Virus record (IMG/VR): IMGVR_UViG_3300027278_000011
Origin: an uncultured virus (IMG/VR IMGVR_UViG_3300027278_000011)
Lineage: Duplodnaviria; Heunggongvirae; Uroviricota; Caudoviricetes; Schitoviridae
Length of the DNA stretch: 20,000 nucleotides
Reading direction: 5' to 3' (one strand)
In this document: positions 1-7,805 of the stretch, one piece after another
Position numbering within the stretch: the stretch's first letter is position 1
Layout: the number at the start of each line of letters is the position of its first letter
The notes under the pieces: model-generated
The model's database searches: none
What the model was told of the DNA's origin: nothing
Seen by the model: the letters and a program-made list of their open reading frames with translations, nothing else
Position numbers and translations under genes: made by a program

Positions 1-1496
1 TTCCTACCGCTGGCCGTGTGACCGAACCAACCAAGGTTCGTATCCTGGCCCGTTCCATGAAGACTGACCGCACTCAGGCTGAAGCCCTGCTGCCAGTGTT
101 TGATATGAACGGCAATGTGATTGCTGTAGAGCGTTCTCTTGATCCGGTGGTCATGGAACGTGTTGCCGGTGAACAGCATCTAGCCAATGCCATCGGTGTG
201 TGGCGTGGCCGTCAGCACGAAGAAGCAACTGCTGGTGAGTACAACCGTACTTTGGTGGATCGTTTGAAAGAGGTGTTCGATGCTGACATGGCCAAGTCCC
301 GTTCCAACAGCAGCCAGTACATTGATCTCTTTGGTTCCATCGAAGATCCAGTGATTGCTGATGCTGTGAGCCTCATGTCTCCGGAAACTCGTGCCTACGT
401 GCAGGAGGTATTTGGCCCAGAGTTCATGGTTCGTAAGGATATGTTGCTGGATGTAATGGGTGAGCGTCAGGCTACTGTGGGTGATGCCTGGACTGGCAAT
501 ACTCGCTGGTCTGAAACAACTCAAGCCACTGTGCGTGAACTGGCCCAGTCGTTATTTGGCAACAAGGCATACCAATACTTTGTCAACAGCGAACGTGCTG
601 TGCAGGGTCTGGTAAGTGACATGCGTACTCTGATCGTGATCAAGTCGGTGGTGGTTCCCATGACTAACCTGATGTCGAACATGTACCAGCTTGCTAGCCG
701 TGGCGTTCCGCTGAAGAACATCGTGCGTGGGATGCCCCGTAAGGTGGCTGAAGTGGACAGCTACGTCAGCAGCCGTCGTCGTCAGATCCAAGTGGAGGCA
801 GAACTGCGGGCTGCTGTGGGCAACGTGGTTGCTGAGCGTCGTCTGAATGCTGAATGGCAGTCGATCCAAGATGGCCACAAGCGTCTGAGCATCTGGCCGT
901 TGATACAGGCGGGTGAGTTCTCCAGCATCTCGGATGCTCAGGTATCCCGTGAGGATCTGGAACTGACCAAGGGCCGTCTGGCTGAGTACATCGAAGGTGC
1001 GGTCAGCAAGCTGCCTGCTCCGATTGCCACCCTGGGTCGCTATGGTCTGATCACCAAGGACACTGCACTGTTCAAAGGGCTGCAGAAGTCGGTGGAGTAC
1101 GGTGACTTCCTGGCCAAAGCAATCCTGTTCGATGATCTGACCAAGCGTAAGCAGATGAGCAAGAAGGAAGCACTGGGGCGCATCACTGAGGAGTTCGTGA
1201 ACTACGACCGCCTCTCTGGACGCTTCCGGGCCACTCTGGAGAATCTTGGTCTTCTCTGGTTCTACAACTTCAAGTTGCGGATCACCAAGGTTGCCCTGAG
1301 TACCATCCGGAACAATCCGTTGCATGCTCTGTTGGCTACTGCTGCACCGGCCCCAGAACTCTTCGGTTCGGTGGGTCTGCCGACGCAGGACAACATCTTC
1401 GCCAAACTGGCCGATGGCAGTCTGGACTTCTCAATGGGGCCGGGCCAGGGCATGAATGCTCCGGGTCTGAACCCTTGGATGAATCTGGTGCAGTAA
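1..1496 (+). CDS. vRNAP: Virion-encapsidated RNA polymerase (N4 gp50-like), C-terminal part; truncated at the left window edge
   Basis: The frame is open back to position 3 (PTAGRVTEP...), so the ORF-track start at 18 is an edge artefact. It is oriented opposite to the replication block and converges on it, as in N4. The visible ~497 aa contain no Cys, a hallmark of N4 vRNAP. Catalytic motifs lie outside the window. Confidence 0.85.
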   Translation, partial: PTAGRVTEPTKVRILARSMKTDRTQAEALLPVFDMNGNVIAVERSLDPVVMERVAGEQHLANAIGVWRGRQHEEATAGEYNRTLVDRLKEVFDADMAKSRSNSSQYIDLFGSIEDPVIADAVSLMSPETRAYVQEVFGPEFMVRKDMLLDVMGERQATVGDAWTGNTRWSETTQATVRELAQSLFGNKAYQYFVNSERAVQGLVSDMRTLIVIKSVVVPMTNLMSNMYQLASRGVPLKNIVRGMPRKVAEVDSYVSSRRRQIQVEAELRAAVGNVVAERRLNAEWQSIQDGHKRLSIWPLIQAGEFSSISDAQVSREDLELTKGRLAEYIEGAVSKLPAPIATLGRYGLITKDTALFKGLQKSVEYGDFLAKAILFDDLTKRKQMSKKEALGRITEEFVNYDRLSGRFRATLENLGLLWFYNFKLRITKVALSTIRNNPLHALLATAAPAPELFGSVGLPTQDNIFAKLADGSLDFSMGPGQGMNAPGLNPWMNLVQ

Positions 1497-1501
1497 GTAC
1501 G

Positions 1502-1528
1502 AAAAGCCCCCAATCAAGGGGGCTTTTT
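1502..1528. terminator. Bidirectional intrinsic terminator between converging transcription units
   Basis: AAAAGCCCCC-AATCAA-GGGGGCTTTTT: GC stem with A/T tracts on both sides, 5 nt after the vRNAP stop. Confidence 0.9.
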
Positions 1529-1690
1529 GTCGTCATCGTCGGGGAAATCAACATCTCGGTACACCCAGATGATGAACCCCAACACCAGGACTACTGCTAT
1601 CGCTGGTGCTGCTGAGATGATGGCCGAGGCAACTGCCCCGACCAGCACTACAACAAGGAACCCTCGTAGCAGGATTCCTTGCAGCGACAT
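1514..1690 (-). CDS. 58-aa small membrane protein (not in ORF track)
   Basis: Manual translation MSLQGILLRGFLVVVLVGAVASAIISAAPAIAVVLVLGFIIWVYRDVDFPDDDDKKPP*. The ATG overlaps the upstream TGA (TGATG coupling at 1692-1688). It has a long hydrophobic stretch broken by a Pro and fills an otherwise empty gap. Confidence 0.75.
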   Translation of the reverse strand: MSLQGILLRGFLVVVLVGAVASAIISAAPAIAVVLVLGFIIWVYRDVDFPDDDDKKPP

Positions 1691-2118
1691 CAGTTCTGAG
1701 GCTTGCTGAGGCCCGAGAACAGGGACTTACGAGGGGCTTTTTCGGTAGTAGCTGCGCTTTCAGCTTCGTCCTGAATAGGTTCCTGCCCTTCAGCTTCGCT
1801 GCCCTGTTCTCCTACCTGCTCGGCATCGTCAGCTTCCGCTTCGGCTACCGATTCAGCAACAGGCTCAGGCTCGGCTTTTGCCGAGGTGGCAGTAGTTTTC
1901 ACCGATTCCGGTTTAGCCGCGATTTCACCAGAGGTACGGCTACCGCGAGTAGCTTTCGGCTTTTGCGGAACGATGTCGATGATGGCAGTGGTGCCTTCTT
2001 CGCCACGGGTGGCCTTGAGCTGGATCTCGATCTCCATGCCATCCTTCACCGACATGATGTCGTTGATGTAGTTCTTCAGAGCCTGTTCGATCTCAGACTG
2101 GATCAGGGTGATTTGCAT
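1690..2118 (-). CDS. Hypothetical protein: ~50-aa folded N-terminus, acidic disordered linker, C-terminal APRKSLF motif
   Basis: 142-aa ORF with SD (GAGG) upstream, directly after the resolvase gene. Ala/Glu-rich low-complexity middle. Confidence 0.8.
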   Translation of the reverse strand: MQITLIQSEIEQALKNYINDIMSVKDGMEIEIQLKATRGEEGTTAIIDIVPQKPKATRGSRTSGEIAAKPESVKTTATSAKAEPEPVAESVAEAEADDAEQVGEQGSEAEGQEPIQDEAESAATTEKAPRKSLFSGLSKPQN

Positions 2119-2127
2119 TGCATTTCC

Positions 2128-2700
2128 TCAGCGCAGAATGCGCAGTAAATTCTGAAATATGGGGGTGGACACCCCCGCATGTATTGCTGCTAGGGCATCG
2201 GCAACGTGTTCTGCTTCGTTCATCAGGTCTCCCTTTTTGAACTTGGCACCATTCTTGGCATGGCGAGGCCATTCGACTGTGGGGTAGAACTCAACCCCGG
2301 CGTCGATCATCTGTTGTTTGGTGGCGTTCTTGTTGCCTGTGAACGCCAGCTTCACTTCAGTTGCTGTGACCTCGATGATCTGGATACCCTCGGCACGAAG
2401 CGTACCGAGGATGCCACAGACCACACCATAGGCTTTCATGCCACTGGCATTTTGGGAGCCAACTGGAACTTCTACGAAGATGGCTTTGCAGCGACGACCA
2501 ACTTCAAGTGCCTTTCTGGCCAGCTCCTCGCAACGGCGGAGATCATCCGAGTTGGTTCGCACTTGTTTGTGCTTGCCTTTGTCGGTGGAGACAACCTCCA
2601 GCCGTACACCGTTGAGATACCCCGTCTCCAGGTCTAATTGACCTTCAGCAATCCCCCAGTTGGTAAGGCTGGGGTCGAAGCCTGCGACGGGGATCAGCAT
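2128..2700 (-). CDS. ruvC: RuvC-like Holliday junction resolvase (N4 gp46 position)
   Basis: RNase H-fold acidic motifs GFDPSLTNWG, IFVEVP, EVKLAFTGNKNATKQQM and EHVADALAA; follows SSB. Confidence 0.88.
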   Translation of the reverse strand: MLIPVAGFDPSLTNWGIAEGQLDLETGYLNGVRLEVVSTDKGKHKQVRTNSDDLRRCEELARKALEVGRRCKAIFVEVPVGSQNASGMKAYGVVCGILGTLRAEGIQIIEVTATEVKLAFTGNKNATKQQMIDAGVEFYPTVEWPRHAKNGAKFKKGDLMNEAEHVADALAAIHAGVSTPIFQNLLRILR

Positions 2701-2705
2701 GGCTT

Positions 2706-3458
2706 TTACTTACCGAACAGCGACTTGCGTGGAGCACTGCCGGCTGCCGGTGCAGCAGCAGAAGTGCCAGCAGATTTCGGAGCACCAGCAGTACCGGCTT
2801 GACCGTCCTTGATAGTACGCTTATCGCGGATGTTGCCCTTGTTGCGTTCCAGCCAGGAGTCCCAGAACTTGGCCGATTCGGCACCTTCACGGGCTTCAAC
2901 CACGGTCATGCGGGTTTCGGTGTGGAAGACCTTATCGGTGGCGTTCAGCTCACGAGTTTCGGCAGTCGGCACGTATTCTTCACCGACTTTCTCGCTCTTG
3001 TTCTCCAGCACCTTGGCAATGCCGAGGCTGACTTCCAGACCCAACGCTTCGACCAGCATCGGAACGGCCTTGGGCAGTTCTTTCTTGGCCTCGCTGTCGT
3101 ACAGCTTGATGGTCTTTTCTTCGGTTTCTTGCTCGGCCAGGGGTTTGCCGGTAGTGACGAGGCAGAGGTCGTCTACCAGGGTGAAGCCCGGCAGCGGAAC
3201 CTTCTTGGTCTTGTCGTCTTTGTTGAGGAAGAAGTTCTCGCCCTTCTTGTTGGTGATCCAGAAGGTCTCACGGTATTCGCTACCGTCAGCCAGCGAGAGG
3301 ATCAGGGACACCGATTGAGCACCGCCAGGCGATTTACCGGCGTACAGGGCTTTGATCTTGCCGGTGTAAATGTCGGTTTCTTTCGGCTGGTAGCCACCAC
3401 CGAGACGATCCTGGGTTTGTTCCAGACCGTCGGATTTCAGATTGCCAAACAGGCTCAT
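2706..3458 (-). CDS. ssb: Single-stranded DNA-binding protein (N4 gp45-like, late transcription activator in N4)
   Basis: 250 aa, between the Sak4-like ATPase and RuvC as in N4. Begins MSLFGNLK...DRLGG and ends in an Ala/Gly-rich linker plus a basic tail (PRKSLFGK). Confidence 0.85.
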   Translation of the reverse strand: MSLFGNLKSDGLEQTQDRLGGGYQPKETDIYTGKIKALYAGKSPGGAQSVSLILSLADGSEYRETFWITNKKGENFFLNKDDKTKKVPLPGFTLVDDLCLVTTGKPLAEQETEEKTIKLYDSEAKKELPKAVPMLVEALGLEVSLGIAKVLENKSEKVGEEYVPTAETRELNATDKVFHTETRMTVVEAREGAESAKFWDSWLERNKGNIRDKRTIKDGQAGTAGAPKSAGTSAAAPAAGSAPRKSLFGK

Positions 3459-3490
3459 GTGCTTCTCTCTTTTACTGAGGATGGAGGGGA

Positions 3491-3512
3491 GAAAACAGCT
3501 ACTTAGTAGCTG
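3491..3512 (-). terminator. Possible weak terminator/hairpin with the Sak4 stop codon as its loop
   Basis: Minus strand CAGCTAC-TAA-GTAGCTG-TTTTC: perfect 7-bp stem, 3-nt loop, short U tract. Confidence 0.4.
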
Positions 3513-4273
3513 CCATAGAACTCGGTGAGGTGATCCAGCAGAACCTGGACATCGTTGTCGATGTAGGTCTCAGCTTTCTCAAACATTCCCATCGGGGAAC
3601 GGATACGTTCACCAGTCGTACCTTTGGTGATGCGGGTCTGGAAGACGTGCTTGTAGCCAAGCTCACGCTCTTCTTCCGTGATAACCAGCATCTTGCTGCC
3701 GTACTTCTCCAATTCCTTGACAGGAATCTTCTTAGCCGCGACAACAGTGGTGAAGTAGGCTTCTACCCCTTGGTTCTTCAGGGCACCCTTGATAGGCACA
3801 GCCGTCTTCATTTCCTGGTTCTTCTCGTCAAGCTCATCCTTGACGTGAGCGATGATGATCACAGGTTTGCCGAAAGCGGCCACCTTCTGCTGCATCACCG
3901 TCTTGAAGAACTGCTGATACGCAGACCAGCCAGCCATTGTGTTGGCTGAACCAATGACGTACAGACTTTCGAACATGTCCATCAGGAAGGTCATCGAGTC
4001 GATGATGATGCCATCAACTTGATCCTTGTTTGCGATGCACTCGTCCATGAAGGCGATTACATCCATAGGATCAGTGATGTTGATCCGATTGAACTTGTTC
4101 TTGAACGGTAGTCGCTTACCAGATTCAGTGTTGAGATAAACCCAACGCTCCTGATTGCGGATATTCCGCAGACTTGCCGACTTACCCTGAGTGGAGTAGC
4201 CCACAATCAGCACAAGCTGATCGAGACTACCCTCCAACTGGGATGGCGATTCTTGCTCTTCGGTTTCGCTCAT
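3503..4273 (-). CDS. Sak4-like ssDNA-annealing AAA ATPase (N4 gp44-like)
   Basis: Walker A IVGYSTQGKS, Walker B IIIDSMT, IIIAH motif; strong SD GGAGG; upstream of ssb. Confidence 0.82.
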   Translation of the reverse strand: MSETEEQESPSQLEGSLDQLVLIVGYSTQGKSASLRNIRNQERWVYLNTESGKRLPFKNKFNRINITDPMDVIAFMDECIANKDQVDGIIIDSMTFLMDMFESLYVIGSANTMAGWSAYQQFFKTVMQQKVAAFGKPVIIIAHVKDELDEKNQEMKTAVPIKGALKNQGVEAYFTTVVAAKKIPVKELEKYGSKMLVITEEERELGYKHVFQTRITKGTTGERIRSPMGMFEKAETYIDNDVQVLLDHLTEFYGSY

Positions 4274-4293
4274 GGTTCCTCCAAGGGAAGTGA

Positions 4294-4331
4294 AATTACC
4301 CCCGAACCCAGAAAAGTGTTCAGGGGCAATT
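4294..4331 (-). promoter_or_regulatory. Intergenic RNA hairpin after the primase gene (terminator/processing site)
   Basis: Minus strand AATTGCCCCTGAAC-ACTTTTCTGG-GTTCGGGGGTAATT: 14-bp stem with two G-U pairs and only a short U run. Confidence 0.6.
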
Positions 4332-4333
4332 GG

Positions 4334-6481
4334 TTATGCACGGGAGTAGCGTTTGGAGACTGTCACCAAGATGGTGTTGTCGATCTCCTCTTCATCCAGA
4401 GGCGTGTTCAGCTTCTGATTGAAGGCATGCACCTGTTTACCAACGGACATGAGATCCATGCCGCTATCCACCAGGGCCAGTGCGTACTTGATCATCTGGT
4501 TGTTACGGTTGCCAGAAGCAATGCGTTGAGCGAACCAGCGTTCCAGATTGTCCAGCGATTCCACGGCTTGAAAGCCCTGCTTGAACTGCTCGTTCTTGCT
4601 GGTCTTCGGGATAAAGCCCAACACGTCCAGCAACTCACCTTCCATGTTGTAGTGGCATGCACCGTTAAAGCATTCCCACTTCTTGGCTCGCTGATTGGCA
4701 GACTCATCCGTTTTGAACGGAAGCCATGCCATCACCATGTTCATGAACTCCTTGTACTCACCGGAATCCAATTCCAGGTAGTAGTTCATGGGGATGACCA
4801 GACGGAAACGGTTCTCTTCATCAGAGTGACGTTTCGTCGTGTACGTCATGAACTTGTATTCCTTCATGAGTTCATGGACGGTATTCAGAGCAATGCCCCC
4901 GTCAACGTCAATGACGATCATGTTGAAGCCGACGAACACATTTTCTTCTGCACGGTGCCCACCTTTGAAGTGGTGGTTGGCCCAGTGCATACCGTCGGTT
5001 TGAGTCAGCACATGGAGTTGGTCAAACGGCACCTTCTCACACATGTAGTTGTAGGCCCAGTGGTCGCTGTAGCTGATGACCATCTCGTCCAGATTGGTTT
5101 CCTTGAGGGTTTCACCCTTGAAGAACTCAATACCGTCAGTGAAGGTCTTCTTGATGATGATGTGCTTTTTGTAGCCCCAGGCGGTGGCCAGGGTCATCAA
5201 CTCATTACGTGCTGCGTTGCCCGACTTGTAGAACGGTAGGGCTTCCAGCAGATCAGCATGGGTCACTTCGGTGCCCACATCAGCGATGTACTTGGCCAGT
5301 TTCACATAGGTCTTTTCCCGGTTCAGGATCGACTGGAAAGCTGCACCAGACTCTTCCACCAGCAAGATGGCTTGTTTGAGGTGATCCATCTCCACTTCGA
5401 TGCTTTCATCCACGAAGGCAAAGGCACCAGCCAGTTTGAGCGCACGGAAGTAGCGGTGGCTGATTTCAGCCTTGCGGATCTCCTCGTGATCTGCCATTTG
5501 GTCGGCAGCTTTTTCGCACTCGATCTTGTAGGTCAACAGAGCGATGCCAACGTCATCCTCTACCTGCATCCGCCAGCCGTACATGCTGGCATCGGCCAGA
5601 CGGTGGAACTTGGTGGCCCATTTGTCGATCACAGCACTGTTGGAAGGCTGCGTCAGATTGGCGTAAATCTCCTCCGGTGTCTTGGTGTTGTGGGCCTTAC
5701 GACTGTGCTGGCCGATACCGAACAGGCAACGACGAGCGTAGCCAGTGTCCAGCATGTCGTAGAACTGGTCTTCAGTCTGGCCACCGTCCAGCAGCTTGCT
5801 CGGAGTACCGAACAGCAGCATGTTGGTGGGCGTCTTTCCGTCCAGCTCTTCACCACGGGTGTTCTCAGCAGTGTTTTTGGTGAGCTTCTGCTTCACCAAA
5901 CCCTGGTCGTACAGCTCAAGGAACAGAGTCAACACGTCAGCCGAACCCATCAGGTTGCTGCCGATTTCGTCAATCTGCAGGTTGATGGCACCACAGTTGC
6001 CCATCATGAGCTTGTGGCGAAGCTGTTTGACTGCAGGCGGGGTGCCTGAGTCGAAGGTGAATGGAATTGCACCAGCACGTTTGAACTCGCCTTCGGCTTT
6101 CTCAAACTCTTCTTGCTGGTCAGTGCCATTGCGAGCAGCACGCTCATTGGCGATTTCCCACAGATGCTTTTCAGCAATGATGGGGAAGGTGTCTTCCATG
6201 AAGCGCTTTTTGAAGCCCTTCAGGAACTCAGTTTCCACGATGTTGACTGAGTGACCTTTGCCGAAGCCAGAGGTGGCCAGAGCAAGTGCGTAGATGTTGA
6301 CCGGAATTTCGCCCCGGTCTTTGGTGACGATGGTGGCACGCATGGAGCTAGCCATTTTGGCCAAAAAGTAGGCCATTTCCACCCGGAAGAATCCACGGTC
6401 GGTGTTCTGCGTTTTATTGCAGAGCACTTCCACAATTTCCTCGATGGCCGGGTGATGCGAAATCCCAGTCAAGTCGATCAT
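4334..6481 (-). CDS. DNA primase/ATPase fusion (N4 gp43-like): N-terminal P-loop domain, C-terminal AEP primase with PriCT-like tail
   Basis: Walker A ALATSGFGKG and Walker B LQIDEIG. AEP motifs VIDVDGG, YTTKRH, RFRLVIP. PriCT-like GNRNNQMIKYA. ATGA overlap with the exonuclease stop. Confidence 0.85.
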   Translation of the reverse strand: MIDLTGISHHPAIEEIVEVLCNKTQNTDRGFFRVEMAYFLAKMASSMRATIVTKDRGEIPVNIYALALATSGFGKGHSVNIVETEFLKGFKKRFMEDTFPIIAEKHLWEIANERAARNGTDQQEEFEKAEGEFKRAGAIPFTFDSGTPPAVKQLRHKLMMGNCGAINLQIDEIGSNLMGSADVLTLFLELYDQGLVKQKLTKNTAENTRGEELDGKTPTNMLLFGTPSKLLDGGQTEDQFYDMLDTGYARRCLFGIGQHSRKAHNTKTPEEIYANLTQPSNSAVIDKWATKFHRLADASMYGWRMQVEDDVGIALLTYKIECEKAADQMADHEEIRKAEISHRYFRALKLAGAFAFVDESIEVEMDHLKQAILLVEESGAAFQSILNREKTYVKLAKYIADVGTEVTHADLLEALPFYKSGNAARNELMTLATAWGYKKHIIIKKTFTDGIEFFKGETLKETNLDEMVISYSDHWAYNYMCEKVPFDQLHVLTQTDGMHWANHHFKGGHRAEENVFVGFNMIVIDVDGGIALNTVHELMKEYKFMTYTTKRHSDEENRFRLVIPMNYYLELDSGEYKEFMNMVMAWLPFKTDESANQRAKKWECFNGACHYNMEGELLDVLGFIPKTSKNEQFKQGFQAVESLDNLERWFAQRIASGNRNNQMIKYALALVDSGMDLMSVGKQVHAFNQKLNTPLDEEEIDNTILVTVSKRYSRA

Positions 6482-7458
6482 TTCTGGTACTTGTCCTTTT
6501 GTGAGCAGATGGAGAAAGCGTCACAGTAGTCGCAACGCTTTGGTTCCCCCGGTATGGTGAGAATCACGCCTTTGTTGCCCTTCTCGGCTTTGAAGGCATT
6601 CGCTTCAAGCAAAGAATCAAAGTTCTTCGTGGAGCGACCGGAGGTCTTTGCAGGGTCTGCGTAATACTTGAACTTAGGATCGGACATCCACAGTTCTTCG
6701 TCGGTGCAGTTCGGAATGTCCCGTTCCGGGGCATCCCAATACTTCATCACCAACTGCAGTTTCCATTCCACCCAACGCTGAATTTCAGCTTCAGAAAGCA
6801 GCACAATGTCTTTCGACTCGACACGTTTCTGCGGGTAGTTCGGGTTTTGCCTGGCTTGTGCCTTCTGCCAATCAGTGAAGATGTAGTTGATGCGAATGAA
6901 GTCTTCGGTGATCTTGTCCGGATTCAACCAGCGGTACAGGGAACCCTGTTGCTGGTGTTCTTCATCACGCCCACCGTAAACCCAGGTGTAGGCCGAAGTG
7001 GATTTGTTGTCGTGAACAATGCCCTCGGCAACCATGTCGAACTTGCCACCGACCGTCCAGGTCTTGCCATTGACCACTACGGCCTTCTTGGCTCGCTGTT
7101 CCAGATAGATTGGGATGGCGTTCGGGGTGCTGGCTAGCTCTTCCGGGGTTGGGTTGATGAGCACACGCTCGATCACTTTTTCCGGATAGCCCAGCAAGGC
7201 TAGACTGCGTTTGTAGCCTTTGACCCAGGACTTCTCGATGGAGTCGTGCAGGGAATGTCCCAAGGCACGAGCAATGAAGTCGGAAACGTCAGTTTCCACC
7301 AGCTCACGAGGAATACGTCGTGGCAGGATGATGTGCCGCAAGGGCTTCATCAAAGTCGTGACCGAGATGTAATTCGGCTCGTTCACGTAGTCATACTCGT
7401 CATGCACCAGCCATACAGCAAGTGACAACGAGATGTTGAAGTTGTTGGTGATTTTCAT
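6478..7458 (-). CDS. PD-(D/E)XK (Cas4-like) exonuclease (N4 gp42-like)
   Basis: GHSLHDSIE, YLEQR, GKFDMV and HDNKST motifs; C-terminal CDYCDAFSIC. Start moved to the ATG at 7458, which has a GGAG SD. The ORF-track start at 7488 lies within a hairpin. Confidence 0.82.
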   Translation of the reverse strand: MKITNNFNISLSLAVWLVHDEYDYVNEPNYISVTTLMKPLRHIILPRRIPRELVETDVSDFIARALGHSLHDSIEKSWVKGYKRSLALLGYPEKVIERVLINPTPEELASTPNAIPIYLEQRAKKAVVVNGKTWTVGGKFDMVAEGIVHDNKSTSAYTWVYGGRDEEHQQQGSLYRWLNPDKITEDFIRINYIFTDWQKAQARQNPNYPQKRVESKDIVLLSEAEIQRWVEWKLQLVMKYWDAPERDIPNCTDEELWMSDPKFKYYADPAKTSGRSTKNFDSLLEANAFKAEKGNKGVILTIPGEPKRCDYCDAFSICSQKDKYQK

Positions 7459-7476
7459 GGCGTCTCCAGATGTACG

Positions 7477-7507
7477 AAAATAGGGCAACCCAGAAAAGGG
7501 CTGCCCT
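7477..7507 (-). terminator. Intrinsic terminator-like hairpin upstream of the exonuclease
   Basis: Minus strand AGGGCAGCCC-TTTTCT-GGGTTGCCCT-ATTTT. Confidence 0.65.
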
Positions 7508-7517
7508 GTTCTTACGC

Positions 7518-7805
7518 CTATGGTTTGGGTAGCTCTCGGGTGTATTTCGCAAGATCACGTTTGGCGTAATGCACACGCTTTTCAGCGTCGTACTTGGCCT
7601 TGTGATCTGGCTTGCCATTGCCCAAACGGGCAGCAGCAGTACGCCAAATGGCCTTGAACTCACAGAACTCGTTTGGAGTAAGCTGCAGCGCCTCAGCGAT
7701 GTCCTCACACTCTGCCTGGTAAGGCGGCTGTTCGGCACGCTGGGGATGCTTCACATCCACGAGGTAGTAGTTGGTCAGCCCACCGGTGAGCTTACCTTCA
7801 GCCAT
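7518..7805 (-). CDS. Small protein, DUF3310/T7 gp1.7-like (possible nucleotide kinase)
   Basis: 95 aa. The pattern YY...ECEDIAEAL...FKAIWR...GK...YDAEK...Y recalls DUF3310-type HY..E.ID....KY.WR..K...D..KA..Y. The ORF is well supported; the family call is by eye. Confidence 0.55.
   Translation of the reverse strand: MAEGKLTGGLTNYYLVDVKHPQRAEQPPYQAECEDIAEALQLTPNEFCEFKAIWRTAAARLGNGKPDHKAKYDAEKRVHYAKRDLAKYTRELPKP

Noticed and set aside
552..1325. 257-aa - strand ORF inside vRNAP
   Set aside because: Antisense shadow lying beyond the bidirectional terminator.
1527..1709. 60-aa + strand Ser/Thr-rich ORF
   Set aside because: It is the reverse complement of the better-supported 58-aa membrane ORF and starts right after a terminator.
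2161..2176. GGGGGT-GGAC-ACCCCC inverted repeat near the 3' end of ruvC
   Set aside because: Lies within coding sequence without a proper U tract; may be chance.
4253..6049. 328-aa and 263-aa + strand ORFs antisense to the primase
   Set aside because: Shadow ORFs on the opposite strand of a well-supported gene, with no protein-like motifs.
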